This document shows positions 1 to 9,951 of a stretch of 64,000 nt of DNA, one piece after another. Within the stretch, counting starts at the first letter, position 1. Every line of letters begins with the position of its first letter. This DNA is from Candidatus Micrarchaeota archaeon CG10_big_fil_rev_8_21_14_0_10_45_29 (GTDB lineage Archaea > Micrarchaeota > Micrarchaeia > Anstonellales > Anstonellaceae): the NCBI GenBank assembly GCA_002778455.1, contig PFCD01000002.1, forward strand, positions 19,203 to 83,202. Reading direction: 5' to 3'. Both the position numbers and the translations under genes were made by a program. The notes under the pieces were generated by a model, which was not told the DNA's origin, did not search any database, and worked only from the letters and a program-made list of their open reading frames with translations.

Positions 1-1005
1 GCAAAAGAATCCAAGGATCTGGCAAAGCTTATCGCAGCCCTGCGAGGCCTTACAAAAGAGGACCAAACGCTCAAAGTAGAATTAAACCAGGAAACAGGCG
101 AGCACTTAATTTCCGGAATGGGGGAGCTGCACCTTGAAATCATAGAATACAAGATTTCAAAAGAGAAAGGAATTGCCATCACAACCTCCCAGCCTATTGT
201 GGTTTACCGCGAGATGCTTACAGGCAAAATAGACAAGCCTGTTGAAGGCAAATCCCCAAACAAGCACACAAAGCTAAAATTCATTGTCGAGCCCATAGAG
301 CCGGCTGTATTTGACGCAATGATAAAAGGAGACATTCCTGACGGAAAGCCAAAGGGAAAAGTGCTTGTGGAAAAGCTTGTGGAGCTGGGAATGGCCCGCG
401 ACCAGGCAAAATCTGTGATAACAATTCACAACCACAACATGCTTATCAACGACACGCGAGGTATCCAGTATCTTAACGAGATTATGGAGCTTGTGATACA
501 AGGCTTTGAAGAGGCAATGGATAAGGGCCCGCTTGCAAAAGAGAAAGTTGTGGGCACAAAGGTGCGCATAATGGATGCCACCATCCACGAGGACCCTGTG
601 CACCGTGGCCCTGCGCAGATAATCCCTGCCACCAAGCGCCCAATATATGCGGGAATGCTTATTGCAGGGGTAACATTGCAGGAGCCAAAGCAAAAATTGA
701 CTATTCTTGTGCCGCAGGATTATATGAGCAATGTAATCAACCTTGTGCAGGGAAGGCGCGGGCATATGCTCGACATGCAGCAGGAAGGGGAGCAGGCGAC
801 GCTTGTTGCAAAAATAGCGGTATCCGAATTATTCGGCTTTACAAACGACTTGCGCTCAGCAACTCAGGGGAGGGGAATTCCGTATCAGGAATACGAGGGA
901 TACGAGAATCTGCCCAAAGAATTTTTGGCAAAAGTGGTGCGCCAGATTCGCGAGAGAAAGGGCGACAAGCCGGACCCGCCAACCCCGAATGACTTTTTGG
1001 ATTAA
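1..1005 (+). CDS. fusA: Elongation factor 2 (aEF-2), C-terminal ~334 aa; 5' end outside window
   Basis: Frame 1 is open from nt 1 (AKESKDLAKL...). It carries the GELHLEI motif and the diphthamide-loop sequence HEDPVHRGPAQ typical of archaeal/eukaryal EF-2. Confidence 0.93.
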   Translation, partial: AKESKDLAKLIAALRGLTKEDQTLKVELNQETGEHLISGMGELHLEIIEYKISKEKGIAITTSQPIVVYREMLTGKIDKPVEGKSPNKHTKLKFIVEPIEPAVFDAMIKGDIPDGKPKGKVLVEKLVELGMARDQAKSVITIHNHNMLINDTRGIQYLNEIMELVIQGFEEAMDKGPLAKEKVVGTKVRIMDATIHEDPVHRGPAQIIPATKRPIYAGMLIAGVTLQEPKQKLTILVPQDYMSNVINLVQGRRGHMLDMQQEGEQATLVAKIAVSELFGFTNDLRSATQGRGIPYQEYEGYENLPKEFLAKVVRQIRERKGDKPDPPTPNDFLD

Positions 1006-1334
1006 GGGGATTTTCCCTTTTTTATTTTTCCAAGCTTTCTTTATTTTCCATCCCTTTGTCTTTTTTCAATTTCCTATTTTTCTCCCTGTTTCTTTGATTT
1101 TTCATAAAACTTTGGCGCAATTTCGGCAACATTTGGGCAAATCCTTATTAAACGCGAAAATTACTTTTTTATTTGTAGTTAAGATTTGGAGGTGAAAAAT
1201 ATGGGTCCGGGATGCTGTTAAGAAATCCAAAATTTATAGCACACCACCAACCAAAACCTTTTTTTTCTTTTTTAAATCAAAATTCTAATTTTTTATATGC
1301 CTGCTTTTTATACTCTCCAACGCCAACTTATATT

Positions 1335-1565
1335 ATGGCAGAAAATGAGGAAAAAACAATTTATGCCGTCTCCCTCTCAAAAGACGCCCACAAAATACTT
1401 AATGAGGAAGAGGCGGGAATGCTAATCAAGATGCTGGCGCCCGAATTTGAAAAGCATGAGGGAAAAAACGCCTTCGGCTTGAAAAAATTGGGAATCTGGG
1501 TGCTAAAGGAAAAAAACGAGCTTACCATAATAACAGATGAAGAGCACAAGAAGCATGTGAAATAA
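1335..1565 (+). CDS. Small hypothetical protein (76 aa)
   Basis: ATG at 1335 (MAENEEKTIY...) within ORF 1212..1565. Charged soluble sequence with no recognised motif. The upstream part of the ORF is low-complexity. Confidence 0.45.
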   Translation: MAENEEKTIYAVSLSKDAHKILNEEEAGMLIKMLAPEFEKHEGKNAFGLKKLGIWVLKEKNELTIITDEEHKKHVK

Positions 1566-1566
1566 A

Positions 1567-2358
1567 TCACTCATAAACAAAAGGCGCCCGCGCATCCCAA
1601 AATTCTATGTTTTTCGCCTTTGCGTGCCTCAATAAAATCCTGTGGATATCACTGCCATATTGCATTGCTTTTTTCGGCCGCTCATAGGCGCATTTCGGCA
1701 CGCCAAGAGATTTGGCAATTTTTCTCAAAAGCGGCTTTTTCATCTCAACCGTGCCCATCCTCTTCTCAACAGGCACCGATGCAACTTCCTTCACTAATTC
1801 TTTATCCATAAAAGGAAAAGCCGCCTTTATGCCAAAATGCCCAGCAATAGCGCATGTCCTCTTCAAATCACGGGAGGGAAGCGTCTCTATCTCTTTATTT
1901 AATATTTTTTGCAAATCCTCCCCTTTTGAAAACCTGTTGTAATATTTCTGGTAGCCAATAAAATTTTCCTCGGCGCCGGAGCCGAATAATATTATTTTGC
2001 ATCCCAATTCCTGCGCCTTTTTGCAGCACTCATAAGCGCCAACCATTAATTCCACGTCTGTAAGCGTGCCTGGCATCATTTTATAGCAAACCTCATAATC
2101 CTGCAATATTTTCCTCTCATCCAGCACAACTTCATAAAGCGGCAGCCCAAGCTCATCCGCCGCCTCGCGCGCCGCGGCCAAATCATGGCTTCCCTCAACT
2201 CCCATGGCAATTAATTTAGCGCCAAATTTTTGCATCCCTATTTTTGCAATGGTGGCAGAATCCAGCCCGCCTGAAAATGCGATTGCAACCTCTTTTTCAT
2301 TTTCTGCAGAGCGCGCCACCGCCTTCTCTAAAATTTCTGTTAATTCTTTAGTTTGCAT
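1567..2358 (-). CDS. PP-loop ATP pyrophosphatase, asparagine-synthase-like C-terminal domain only
   Basis: AFSGGLDSAT PP-loop motif near the N-terminus. 263 aa with no glutaminase domain. Confidence 0.7.
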   Translation of the reverse strand: MQTKELTEILEKAVARSAENEKEVAIAFSGGLDSATIAKIGMQKFGAKLIAMGVEGSHDLAAAREAADELGLPLYEVVLDERKILQDYEVCYKMMPGTLTDVELMVGAYECCKKAQELGCKIILFGSGAEENFIGYQKYYNRFSKGEDLQKILNKEIETLPSRDLKRTCAIAGHFGIKAAFPFMDKELVKEVASVPVEKRMGTVEMKKPLLRKIAKSLGVPKCAYERPKKAMQYGSDIHRILLRHAKAKNIEFWDARAPFVYE

Positions 2359-2392
2359 AAAAACTCATCCTGCCTAAAATTAATATTTTCAC

Positions 2393-3067
2393 TTATTTTC
2401 TTATTTTGCGCAAAATATCCCCGATAAGCGGATTTAGGAGCTGGTTCATTAAAGGAATAAGGTAAAACGGCATTGCAAATCCTATTATTGCGCCTGTAAT
2501 TTCACGAAGCAAATTGCTGCTCTCGCGCAATCCTATGAATTGGGTGCCTCCGTCAATTGCAATAGGCGCCATTGCAAGCAAAAGCCATATCGGCTTTGGC
2601 CACAATCCACCTGCCTCTTTTCCTTTTGCATAAAATGGCCAGAAAAGCGCGCCTAGAAGCATAAATAAGTAAATTGCAATATCGCGCGAGCAAACTCCCA
2701 ATTTATACCCCACAGCCCCGCCGGCAGAGGCAATTTGCTCGCTTCTTTGCAGCACAAGCCCTTTCTCTTCAGCCACGCAATTCCCTATAATTTGCCCGGA
2801 ATCCGGAAAATAGCATAAAGAGCGCGAGTCAAGCTGATGGCATGTTGCATGAAGCGCCTCATACATCGGATGCGCAATTTCCCCATGCCCTGCAGAGAGA
2901 AGAATTGCGGGCGCAATAACTATTGCGTTAAAGAGAAGCATTGCAATTATATACAAATGCCAGCCATATGCGTTTTCCCACCCTTTTTTGCAAACAGGCT
3001 TTTTTTCCTCTGCCATGTGCGCCTTTTTTTCCATAAATATTTTTAGCACCTTCTCTTTTAAAAACAA
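2393..3067 (-). CDS. DUF2085-like integral membrane protein
   Basis: Several hydrophobic segments and the CHQ..SRS motif (ATCHQLDSRSLCYF). The start may be an internal Met. Confidence 0.6.
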   Translation of the reverse strand: MFLKEKVLKIFMEKKAHMAEEKKPVCKKGWENAYGWHLYIIAMLLFNAIVIAPAILLSAGHGEIAHPMYEALHATCHQLDSRSLCYFPDSGQIIGNCVAEEKGLVLQRSEQIASAGGAVGYKLGVCSRDIAIYLFMLLGALFWPFYAKGKEAGGLWPKPIWLLLAMAPIAIDGGTQFIGLRESSNLLREITGAIIGFAMPFYLIPLMNQLLNPLIGDILRKIRK

Positions 3068-3085
3068 ATAGAGGCATATATTTTA

Positions 3086-3204
3086 CACGCCCCATGAGTT
3101 CGCGGGCGCCGCCTGTTTTGGCAGGCGTGCAAAGCGAATGCCAGCGAACCCCGGCGCCCGCCTAAAGCAGACGGGGCGGCGGGGCTTTAGCTCATGGAGC
3201 GTGC
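3086..3204 (+). ncRNA. Candidate structured GC-rich RNA (three-way junction, ~119 nt; 5S-like size and topology, identity unproven)
   Basis: Three helices are supported by complementarity: 3086-3098/3192-3204, 3102-3111/3152-3161 and 3162-3168/3184-3190. Very GC-rich within an AT-rich spacer, ending 2 nt before the tRNA. Confidence 0.4.
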
Positions 3205-3206
3205 GT

Positions 3207-3340
3207 GGGCCCGTAGCTCAGCTTGGATAGAGCGATGTCCTCCTAAGAAACCTTTTCTTTTCAAAAAAGAAAAGCTTTCATGGAAAAGAAAACTTTTAGG
3301 AGCAAGACAAAGGCCGAGAGTTCAAATCTCTCCGGGCCCG
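3207..3340 (+). tRNA. tRNA-Arg(CCU) with a 59-nt intron at the canonical 37/38 position (intron 3246-3304)
   Basis: Acceptor GGGCCCG/CGGGCCC, D-arm GCTC-AGCTTGGATA-GAGC, T-arm GAGAG-TTCAAAT-CTCTC. Anticodon loop is CT-CCT-AA. Intron TTAGGAG (3296-3302) pairs with the anticodon region in BHB style. There is one A-A mismatch at 27-43. Confidence 0.8.
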
Positions 3341-3511
3341 TTAGAAGGGGCAACATATTTTTAACAAGTTCGCCCCTTTCTAAACCCCTGTATATAACCA
3401 TAGCTTTCGCGCACGCGGCTCCCGGTTGCCCGCTCGCCGCATGTGCTCATTATTCTTTTATCAAAAAACTTTTCTAGCACCAGTTTTCTTCTGTCTTACC
3501 TCTCCATTTTA

Positions 3512-3551
3512 TCGCCAAGCAATATACTGCATTTCTCCGAAAGCTTGGCGA
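3512..3551 (+). promoter_or_regulatory. 9-bp perfect inverted repeat upstream of the surface-protein gene
   Basis: TCGCCAAGC (3512-3520) and GCTTGGCGA (3543-3551) are separated by 22 nt, about 90 nt upstream of the ATG at 3643. Confidence 0.3.
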
Positions 3552-3642
3552 GAATTCGCCGAAAATGCAGGAAATCCCAAATATGTTGCATGATTTTTCG
3601 GCGAATATGATTTTTAAACCTCTTCTCCTTTTTCTATTTGCA

Positions 3643-5058
3643 ATGAAAAAATATCCCATGCAGGCAATGTGCGTTTTTTTGGCATTATTGCTTGCGCCAG
3701 CGGCATTTGCGGCAGAGGCGCCTTTAGACATTTACGTGTCTGTCTATGACGCGCAGGGGCATGTGGTGCCCGATGCCGTAATACTCGTGGATTACCAAAT
3801 AATGGAAGATGGCAACATAAGCGAGAGAACCTTCACCGGCTTCACAGATGTGGGGGGGCAGATGGGCAAAACTCTCTATTTCGGAGAAAACGAGACAATT
3901 TCAAATTATGTTTATATCTGGGCTTACACCCCTTTCTATTCTCCCACCTCACAGCGGCTAAGGGTTCCATTAGGGGGAAAAAGGGAGGTGCAGGCAAACT
4001 TTACAATCCCTTATAATTTTAACACATACCGAATTCTCATAAGCGGAGAGGGCGGAGCCCCCCTCTCAGGAGTAAACGTAAGAACCCTAAGCCCGGCATT
4101 TACAATAAGAAAAACAAACGCAAACGGGCTGGCGCAATTTAGGTTTCCGGAAGGGCTGCCGGTTTTCGGGATTGCCCAGCGCCAGGGAATAATGCAATTT
4201 TTCAACTTAAGCCGGGGGCAGGGGGAAGCATCCGTTTTGCCCCTAACCTTTCCCACAAGCGGGCAGGTCCCCCTTGATATAAACAAAACATACAATTGGA
4301 CCGTGCAGATGCTTGACCCCCACAACAAGGCGCTCTCCTCAATTCCGTTTACATTGCAAACAAGGGGAATAAATGCGACTTACTTTTCAGATTCGCGCGG
4401 ATTTTTGAGAATTTTTGAAATACCTTATAGCGACCTTGTGCTAAGCTGGGAATTATACAACCACACCTATGAGAAGGAAATAAACCTCTCAAAAGAAGCG
4501 CCAGGCAGGATAATATCGGATTCTGTGCTAAAAATACACGAGCCATCCATAATTCACCTCGGGGAATCCTGCTATAGGGTGGAAGTCAATATAACCGACC
4601 CCCGCCAGGGAGTCATCAAGCAGGTTGTTGCCCGCACCGAAGATTTTAACCAGACGCTTGCACTTACTTTAGAGCAAAACCAGTCGTTTAACGAGAGCAA
4701 GATAGCCTTTTACCGCCTTTTCTGCGTGCTTGATGACACAAACTTTGATATCATCGCCTCAAGCCCTTACGAGTATGTCTCCCTGAAGATACAGCTTCTC
4801 AAAAATAAAGAAGTTGTGCAGATAGATTCTCCCGTAGTTGCGCAAAAAAGCCTCCCTCCCGAAGTAGCCATGAAAATGGAAAATGAGAAAAAAATAGAGC
4901 TTATAGTAATACTCATAGAGCTTCTCATGGGGCTGGTATTTCTTTATATTCTTCTTCGTTTCAGGGCGGCAACCAGCTATATCCTGCAGTCCATCTTGCG
5001 CGCGGTGTATTTTCTTGTGCAGGGCGCAAAGAAGCCAAAAGAGCCAAAGGGCTTTTAA
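3643..5058 (+). CDS. Secreted, C-terminally membrane-anchored surface protein, probably N-glycosylated
   Basis: Signal peptide MKKYPMQAMCVFLALLLAPAAFAAEA, 13 N-x-S/T sequons and a C-terminal TM segment (IELIVILIELLMGLVFLYILL) followed by a basic tail. Confidence 0.7.
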   Translation: MKKYPMQAMCVFLALLLAPAAFAAEAPLDIYVSVYDAQGHVVPDAVILVDYQIMEDGNISERTFTGFTDVGGQMGKTLYFGENETISNYVYIWAYTPFYSPTSQRLRVPLGGKREVQANFTIPYNFNTYRILISGEGGAPLSGVNVRTLSPAFTIRKTNANGLAQFRFPEGLPVFGIAQRQGIMQFFNLSRGQGEASVLPLTFPTSGQVPLDINKTYNWTVQMLDPHNKALSSIPFTLQTRGINATYFSDSRGFLRIFEIPYSDLVLSWELYNHTYEKEINLSKEAPGRIISDSVLKIHEPSIIHLGESCYRVEVNITDPRQGVIKQVVARTEDFNQTLALTLEQNQSFNESKIAFYRLFCVLDDTNFDIIASSPYEYVSLKIQLLKNKEVVQIDSPVVAQKSLPPEVAMKMENEKKIELIVILIELLMGLVFLYILLRFRAATSYILQSILRAVYFLVQGAKKPKEPKGF

Positions 5059-5115
5059 ATAATTTGTAGATATGGTATATACATTTATATATTCTCTCCA
5101 TGCATAAATGTAAAT

Positions 5116-5595
5116 ATGATATTAACACTAGTGCGCCCCCGCCTCATATTAAGGGTAAGGGGGGATGATGAAATAGAGCGCTTCTGCCGTTCTATGCAGC
5201 TTGTCTCGCAAAGGGATTTGGACAACACCGTAACTTCGGTGCTGCGCGCAATGCTGGATGAGGGCGCGCGCGGGCCGGTAGGCTCAAGCGAGCTTGCGTC
5301 GCGGGCGCACATAAACAGGGTAACGGTGATACACCACCTTCGCCGCCTTGAGCGCGCGGGAATAGTGGAAAAGGAGGAGAGAAAATACCGCCTCGTGCAA
5401 TCCGGCTTATGCGACGTGGTAAGAAAGATGCGCCTTGAGATGGAGCAAACCCTAAACGAGGCGCAGCTGCTTGCCCAAAAGCTGGACAACTCATACCTTG
5501 CAACCGCGCAGCCGCAAGCGAGGAAGGGGAGAATAGTCCCCATAGAGGAAGAGGAGCAAGTCAAAAAAGCCGCCAAAAAGAAAAAGAAAAAATAA
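5116..5595 (+). CDS. Winged helix-turn-helix transcriptional regulator (ArsR/MarR-like), first gene of the dnaK locus
   Basis: SSELASRAHINRVTVIHHLRRLERAGIVEKEERKYRL wHTH signature, Lys-rich C-terminal tail, 12 nt upstream of grpE. Confidence 0.6.
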   Translation: MILTLVRPRLILRVRGDDEIERFCRSMQLVSQRDLDNTVTSVLRAMLDEGARGPVGSSELASRAHINRVTVIHHLRRLERAGIVEKEERKYRLVQSGLCDVVRKMRLEMEQTLNEAQLLAQKLDNSYLATAQPQARKGRIVPIEEEEQVKKAAKKKKKK

Positions 5596-5607
5596 AGGGG
5601 TTTGAAT

Positions 5608-6288
5608 ATGCAAAAAAACGATTCCCACACTAATGAAAAGAAAGAGCGCGATGCAGAAGAAAAAACATCCGGCAAGGCAAAAGTAAAAACAGAGCCTTGC
5701 GCAGAAGGCAAAATATCCGGCAATTCAAAAAATGACCTGCAGGCGGCGCAGGAGCAGCTTAACCAGTACATACACGACTTAAAGCGCCTGGCGGCAGAAT
5801 TTGACAATTACAAAAAGCGCGTTGAAAAGGAAAAATTGCTTGCAAAAGAGGAGGGGCAGGCGCGGGTATTGCTGCAGCTTCTCACCTTAAGCGATGAATT
5901 TGATTCCGCGCTATCGCATATAAAAAATTCAAAAGATGCGGCCGCGCAGGAAGGATTTGACTTGCTTTCCAAAAAGCTCGCCCAAATACTCTCGTCATTT
6001 TCCGTGAGGGAGATAAAATGCGAAGGCGCTGCCGATCCCCACAAGCATGATGCCATTTTGCAGGTTCCCGGGGGGGATGAGGGAAAAATAGCCCAGGTTT
6101 TGCGAAAAGGGTATATGGTAGGCGAATATCTCTTGCGCCCGGCGCAGGTAAGCGTATATGCCGGAAAGATGGAAAAAGCTGGTGAAAAGGGAGAGAAAGA
6201 AGAAAAAGAGAAAGAAACTGCTGAAAAAGCAAAAGTTGAAAGCAGGGAAAAAAGCATTAAAGAAAATACAAAAGAAGAGAAAAAATAA
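5608..6288 (+). CDS. grpE: Nucleotide exchange factor GrpE
   Basis: LKRLAAEFDNYKKRVEKEK signature. ATG at 5608 is preceded by AAGGGG. K/E-rich N- and C-terminal extensions. Confidence 0.9.
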   Translation: MQKNDSHTNEKKERDAEEKTSGKAKVKTEPCAEGKISGNSKNDLQAAQEQLNQYIHDLKRLAAEFDNYKKRVEKEKLLAKEEGQARVLLQLLTLSDEFDSALSHIKNSKDAAAQEGFDLLSKKLAQILSSFSVREIKCEGAADPHKHDAILQVPGGDEGKIAQVLRKGYMVGEYLLRPAQVSVYAGKMEKAGEKGEKEEKEKETAEKAKVESREKSIKENTKEEKK

Positions 6289-6330
6289 ATGAAAAAAGAA
6301 AATAAAAAATAATATTTAGAGGTGTGAATT

Positions 6331-8238
6331 ATGTCAAAAATAATAGGTATCGATTTGGGAACAAGCAATTCGGCGGCAGCGGTGTTGGAGGGCGGAAGGC
6401 CTGTGCTTATACCCTCGGCAGAAGGCGCAAGCCTTTATGGAAAATCATTTCCATCCGTTGTTGCAATCACAAAAGACGGGCAAAGGCTGGTAGGTGAGCC
6501 TGCAAGGCGCCAGGCAGTTTCAAATTCGCAAAACACCATGACTGCCTTTAAAAGAAAAATGGGCACCTCCTACAAATACAAGCTGGGGGGAAAAGAATAT
6601 TCCCCGCAGGAATTATCCGCAATGGTGCTCTCAAAAATAAAAAAGGATGCGGAGGCTTTCCTTGGCTCAAAAGTAGAGCGCGCGGTAATTACCGTGCCCG
6701 CATATTTTAACGACAACCAAAGGCAGGCAACAAAGGATGCGGGTGAAATTGCGGGGCTAAAAGTTGAGAGAATAATAAACGAGCCTACCGCGGCATCACT
6801 CTCTTACGGGCTTGACAAGGCGGGACAGGAGCAAAAAATCCTTGTCTTTGATTTGGGGGGCGGAACTCTGGATGTCACAATAATGGATTTTGGCGGGGGC
6901 GTATTCGAGGTAAAATCCACCTCTGGAGACACCCAGCTTGGCGGAACCGACATGGACAACGCGCTTGTGGATTATTTGGTGGGAGTTTTTCTGCGCGAGA
7001 GCGGAATAAACATACAAGAGGACCACATGGCAATGCAAAGAATGCGCGAGGCGGCGGAAAAGGCAAAAATAGAGCTTTCCACAACCCTTGATTCTGAAAT
7101 TAATCTGCCTTACCTTACGGCAACAAAGGAGGGCCCGAAGCATTTTGCCCACAAGCTTACCCGCGCAAAGCTTGAGGAAATAGTGGATCCCATTATACAG
7201 CGCTGCAAAGCGCCCATTACAAACTCGCTAAAGGACGCAAAGCTGACTGCCGACAACATAGACAAAATAATTATGGTAGGCGGCCCGACAAGAATGCCTA
7301 TAGTGCAAAAATTTGTTGAAGGGCTTGTGGGAAAGAAAGTCGAGTATGGAGTAGACCCGATGGAATGCGTTGCATACGGCGCAGCAATTCAGGGGGGCGT
7401 GCTGGCAGGGGAGGTAAAAGACGTGCTTTTGCTTGATGTCACCCCCCTTTCCTTGGGAATCGAGACGCTTGGAGGCGTATTCACAAAACTTATTGAGCGC
7501 AACACAACAATTCCCACGAAAAAATCCCAGATATTTTCAACAGCATCAGACAACCAGCCCTCAGTCGACATTAAGGTGCTGCAGGGCGAGCGCTCTATGG
7601 CAGCAGACAATGTGGAGCTTGGGCGCTTCTCGCTTGTAGGAATAGCGCCCGCGCCGAGGGGAATGCCGCAAATAGAAGTAACCTTTGACATTGACGCAAA
7701 CGGAATCATAAACGTTTCTGCAAAAGACAAAGGAACCAACAAAGAGCAAAAAATCCAGATAAGCGCGCCAAACAAAATGCCAAGCGAGGAAATAGAGCAA
7801 AAAATGAAAGACGCGCAAAAATTTGCAGAAGAGGACAAGAAAAGGGCGGAAGAGGCGCAAATACTCAATGAGGCGGAGGCTACGGTGTATCTGGCAGAAA
7901 AAACCCTAAAAGAGCACGGGGACAAGGTGCCTGAGCTAAAAACAGATATTGAAGAAAAATTAAAAGCCCTAAAAGAAGAGCTTGGCAAAAAGCCGGCAGA
8001 CGCGCAAAAAGTAAAATCGGCGCTTGAGGAGCTCAACTCCCACCTGCAAAAAATAGGCGAGAAATTATACAAGCAGCAAGGGGGCTCTCCCGGCTCGGGC
8101 GGCGAAAACGCGGGCTCCGGGGAACAGGGAAATTCCGGCTTCGGCGCACAAGGTGGAGGAGGCGCGGGAAAAAATGAAGGCAGCGGTGGCTCTGGGGGAA
8201 AAGACGAGCCCATTGACGCGGATTTCAAGAAAAAATAA
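6331..8238 (+). CDS. dnaK: Hsp70 chaperone DnaK
   Basis: [10 protein letters not shown] and DLGGGTLDV motifs. 635 aa with a Gly-rich C-terminal tail. Confidence 0.98.
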   Translation: MSKIIGIDLGTSNSAAAVLEGGRPVLIPSAEGASLYGKSFPSVVAITKDGQRLVGEPARRQAVSNSQNTMTAFKRKMGTSYKYKLGGKEYSPQELSAMVLSKIKKDAEAFLGSKVERAVITVPAYFNDNQRQATKDAGEIAGLKVERIINEPTAASLSYGLDKAGQEQKILVFDLGGGTLDVTIMDFGGGVFEVKSTSGDTQLGGTDMDNALVDYLVGVFLRESGINIQEDHMAMQRMREAAEKAKIELSTTLDSEINLPYLTATKEGPKHFAHKLTRAKLEEIVDPIIQRCKAPITNSLKDAKLTADNIDKIIMVGGPTRMPIVQKFVEGLVGKKVEYGVDPMECVAYGAAIQGGVLAGEVKDVLLLDVTPLSLGIETLGGVFTKLIERNTTIPTKKSQIFSTASDNQPSVDIKVLQGERSMAADNVELGRFSLVGIAPAPRGMPQIEVTFDIDANGIINVSAKDKGTNKEQKIQISAPNKMPSEEIEQKMKDAQKFAEEDKKRAEEAQILNEAEATVYLAEKTLKEHGDKVPELKTDIEEKLKALKEELGKKPADAQKVKSALEELNSHLQKIGEKLYKQQGGSPGSGGENAGSGEQGNSGFGAQGGGGAGKNEGSGGSGGKDEPIDADFKKK

Positions 8239-8251
8239 GGGGTGAGAAAAA

Positions 8252-8749
8252 ATGAGCAAAAAAAAGAAAGAGAAGAAGGCGCTTATGCGCCCTGCAATAA
8301 GCGACCCGTTTGAGGAAATGGAGCAGATGCAAAAAAGCATGAACAGGCTTTTTGAGAGTTTTTTTCCAATGTCCATACGGCAGCCGCAATTCATGTTTCC
8401 CACATCCATGCCATCTCTTCAGATGCCGCAAGTAGAGCTAAAAAACGAAAAAGCCAAATACACCGCAATAGTGAGCGGAATTGAAGGCTTCAAAAAAGAG
8501 GATTTTGAAATAGAGGTGCATCCGCACGCCCTAAGAATTCGCGCCGGCTCGAAAAATGAAAAAATCGGGCAGGAAGGGGGGAGAAATTCCTACTCCGGCT
8601 CTTCCGCAAGCTTTTACAGGCAATTTGTGCTCCCGGAAGAGGTGGATGCGCAAAGCACAAAAGCAAAATTCTCTCCAACCAAATTAAGCATAACAATTCC
8701 AAAGCTTCACAAAAAGCCCCCCAAATCGCGCAAAATAAAGGTGGCGTAA
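8252..8749 (+). CDS. Small heat-shock protein, Hsp20/alpha-crystallin family
   Basis: Alpha-crystallin domain pattern ([15 protein letters not shown] ... [12 protein letters not shown] ... KLSITIPK). Located between dnaK and dnaJ. Confidence 0.85.
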   Translation: MSKKKKEKKALMRPAISDPFEEMEQMQKSMNRLFESFFPMSIRQPQFMFPTSMPSLQMPQVELKNEKAKYTAIVSGIEGFKKEDFEIEVHPHALRIRAGSKNEKIGQEGGRNSYSGSSASFYRQFVLPEEVDAQSTKAKFSPTKLSITIPKLHKKPPKSRKIKVA

Positions 8750-8831
8750 AGCCCCCCTTTCCCTTTTATTTTTATTTATGCATTAACTTGCAGGTGCCTT
8801 CAAAAAATATTGATTTGCAGGAGACAATCCC

Positions 8832-9944
8832 ATGCCCTCAAAAAAAGATTATTATGAAATACTTGGAGTTAGCCGCAGCGCCAGCGTTGATGAAATAAAA
8901 AAGGCATACAGAAAGCTTGCATTGCAATTTCACCCGGATAAAAATAAAGGAAGCGGCGCAGAGGAAAAATTCAAGGAAATTTCAGAAGCGTATGCGGCCC
9001 TCTCTGACGAGAAAAAAAGAAAAATATATGACCAATACGGGCATTCCGGCTTTGACGCCCGCTTCTCGCAAGAGGATATTTTCAGGGGCGCAAACTTCGA
9101 GGACATTTTCTCCTCAATGGGGATGGATTCCGATTCTTTTGGAGATAGCATCTTTGGCAATATTTTCGGCTCAATGTTTTCCGGCGCAAGGCGCAGGGAA
9201 AGGGGCTCGGATTTGGGCGTGGAAGTTGACATAACCCTTTTGGAGGCATACAAAGGCATCAGCAAGGCAATCTCCCTCTCCCGCACCGAAAGCTGTGCAG
9301 AATGCGGGGGAAACGGCGCCGCAAAGGGAAGCAAGCTCAAAAAATGCCAAACCTGCAACGGGCGCGGGCAGGTGCAAAGAATCGCCTCTTTAGGAGGCTT
9401 TGGAAGGTTTTCATCAATCGCCCCATGCAATGAATGCAGGGCATCCGGAAAAATCCCTGAAAAAACATGCCCAAAATGCAACGGGGCAGGGATGGTGCAA
9501 AGGCAGGAGAAAATAGAAGTGCAAATACCTGCAGGAATTCATGATGGCGCGCGCCTTCGCCTTGAGGGGCTTGGTGATTATTCAGCTGGCGGCTACGGGG
9601 ACTTATATGTTATTGTAAACATAAAGCGGGATTCTCGCTTTAGGCGCGATGGGGATGACCTTTATACTGATGCAAGCATAAGCTTTGCAACTGCGGCAAT
9701 GGGCGGGAAAATTTCAGTGCCAATCCTTGAGGGGGATGTGGAAGTAAAGGTGCCTGCAGGCACCCAGCCGCACACAAGCCTGCGCTTAAAAGGGGAGGGA
9801 ATGCCCTCCCTTCACGGAGGGGGAAAAGGAAGCCTTTATGTAAGAATAATCGTGCAGGTGCCGCAAAAGCTTACTCAAAAGCAAAAAGAGCTTTTGCAGG
9901 AATTTGAAGGAAAAGAGGGGAAAAAAGGCTGGTTCTGCCTTTAG
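8832..9944 (+). CDS. dnaJ: Co-chaperone DnaJ (type I)
   Basis: J-domain HPD (FHPDKN), G/F-rich linker and four CxxCxGxG zinc-finger repeats ([32 protein letters not shown]). Confidence 0.97.
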   Translation: MPSKKDYYEILGVSRSASVDEIKKAYRKLALQFHPDKNKGSGAEEKFKEISEAYAALSDEKKRKIYDQYGHSGFDARFSQEDIFRGANFEDIFSSMGMDSDSFGDSIFGNIFGSMFSGARRRERGSDLGVEVDITLLEAYKGISKAISLSRTESCAECGGNGAAKGSKLKKCQTCNGRGQVQRIASLGGFGRFSSIAPCNECRASGKIPEKTCPKCNGAGMVQRQEKIEVQIPAGIHDGARLRLEGLGDYSAGGYGDLYVIVNIKRDSRFRRDGDDLYTDASISFATAAMGGKISVPILEGDVEVKVPAGTQPHTSLRLKGEGMPSLHGGGKGSLYVRIIVQVPQKLTQKQKELLQEFEGKEGKKGWFCL

Positions 9945-9951
9945 TGTTATT

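Noticed and set aside
3101-3161. Second tRNA or tRNA half hidden in the GC-rich element (7-bp GCGGGCG/CGCCCGC stem)
   Set aside because: It is only ~60 nt, has no T-arm (no GTTCRANYC-like loop) on either strand, and no acceptable anticodon arm.
5085-5807. 240-aa ORF antisense to the wHTH regulator and the grpE start
   Set aside because: It is a Ser/Cys/Phe/Arg-rich shadow ORF spanning two well-supported plus-strand genes and has no motif.
7389-8228. 279-aa ORF antisense to dnaK
   Set aside because: It lies entirely inside the strongly supported dnaK frame. The translation is low-complexity (S/P/F-rich). It is a typical shadow ORF of a biased coding region.
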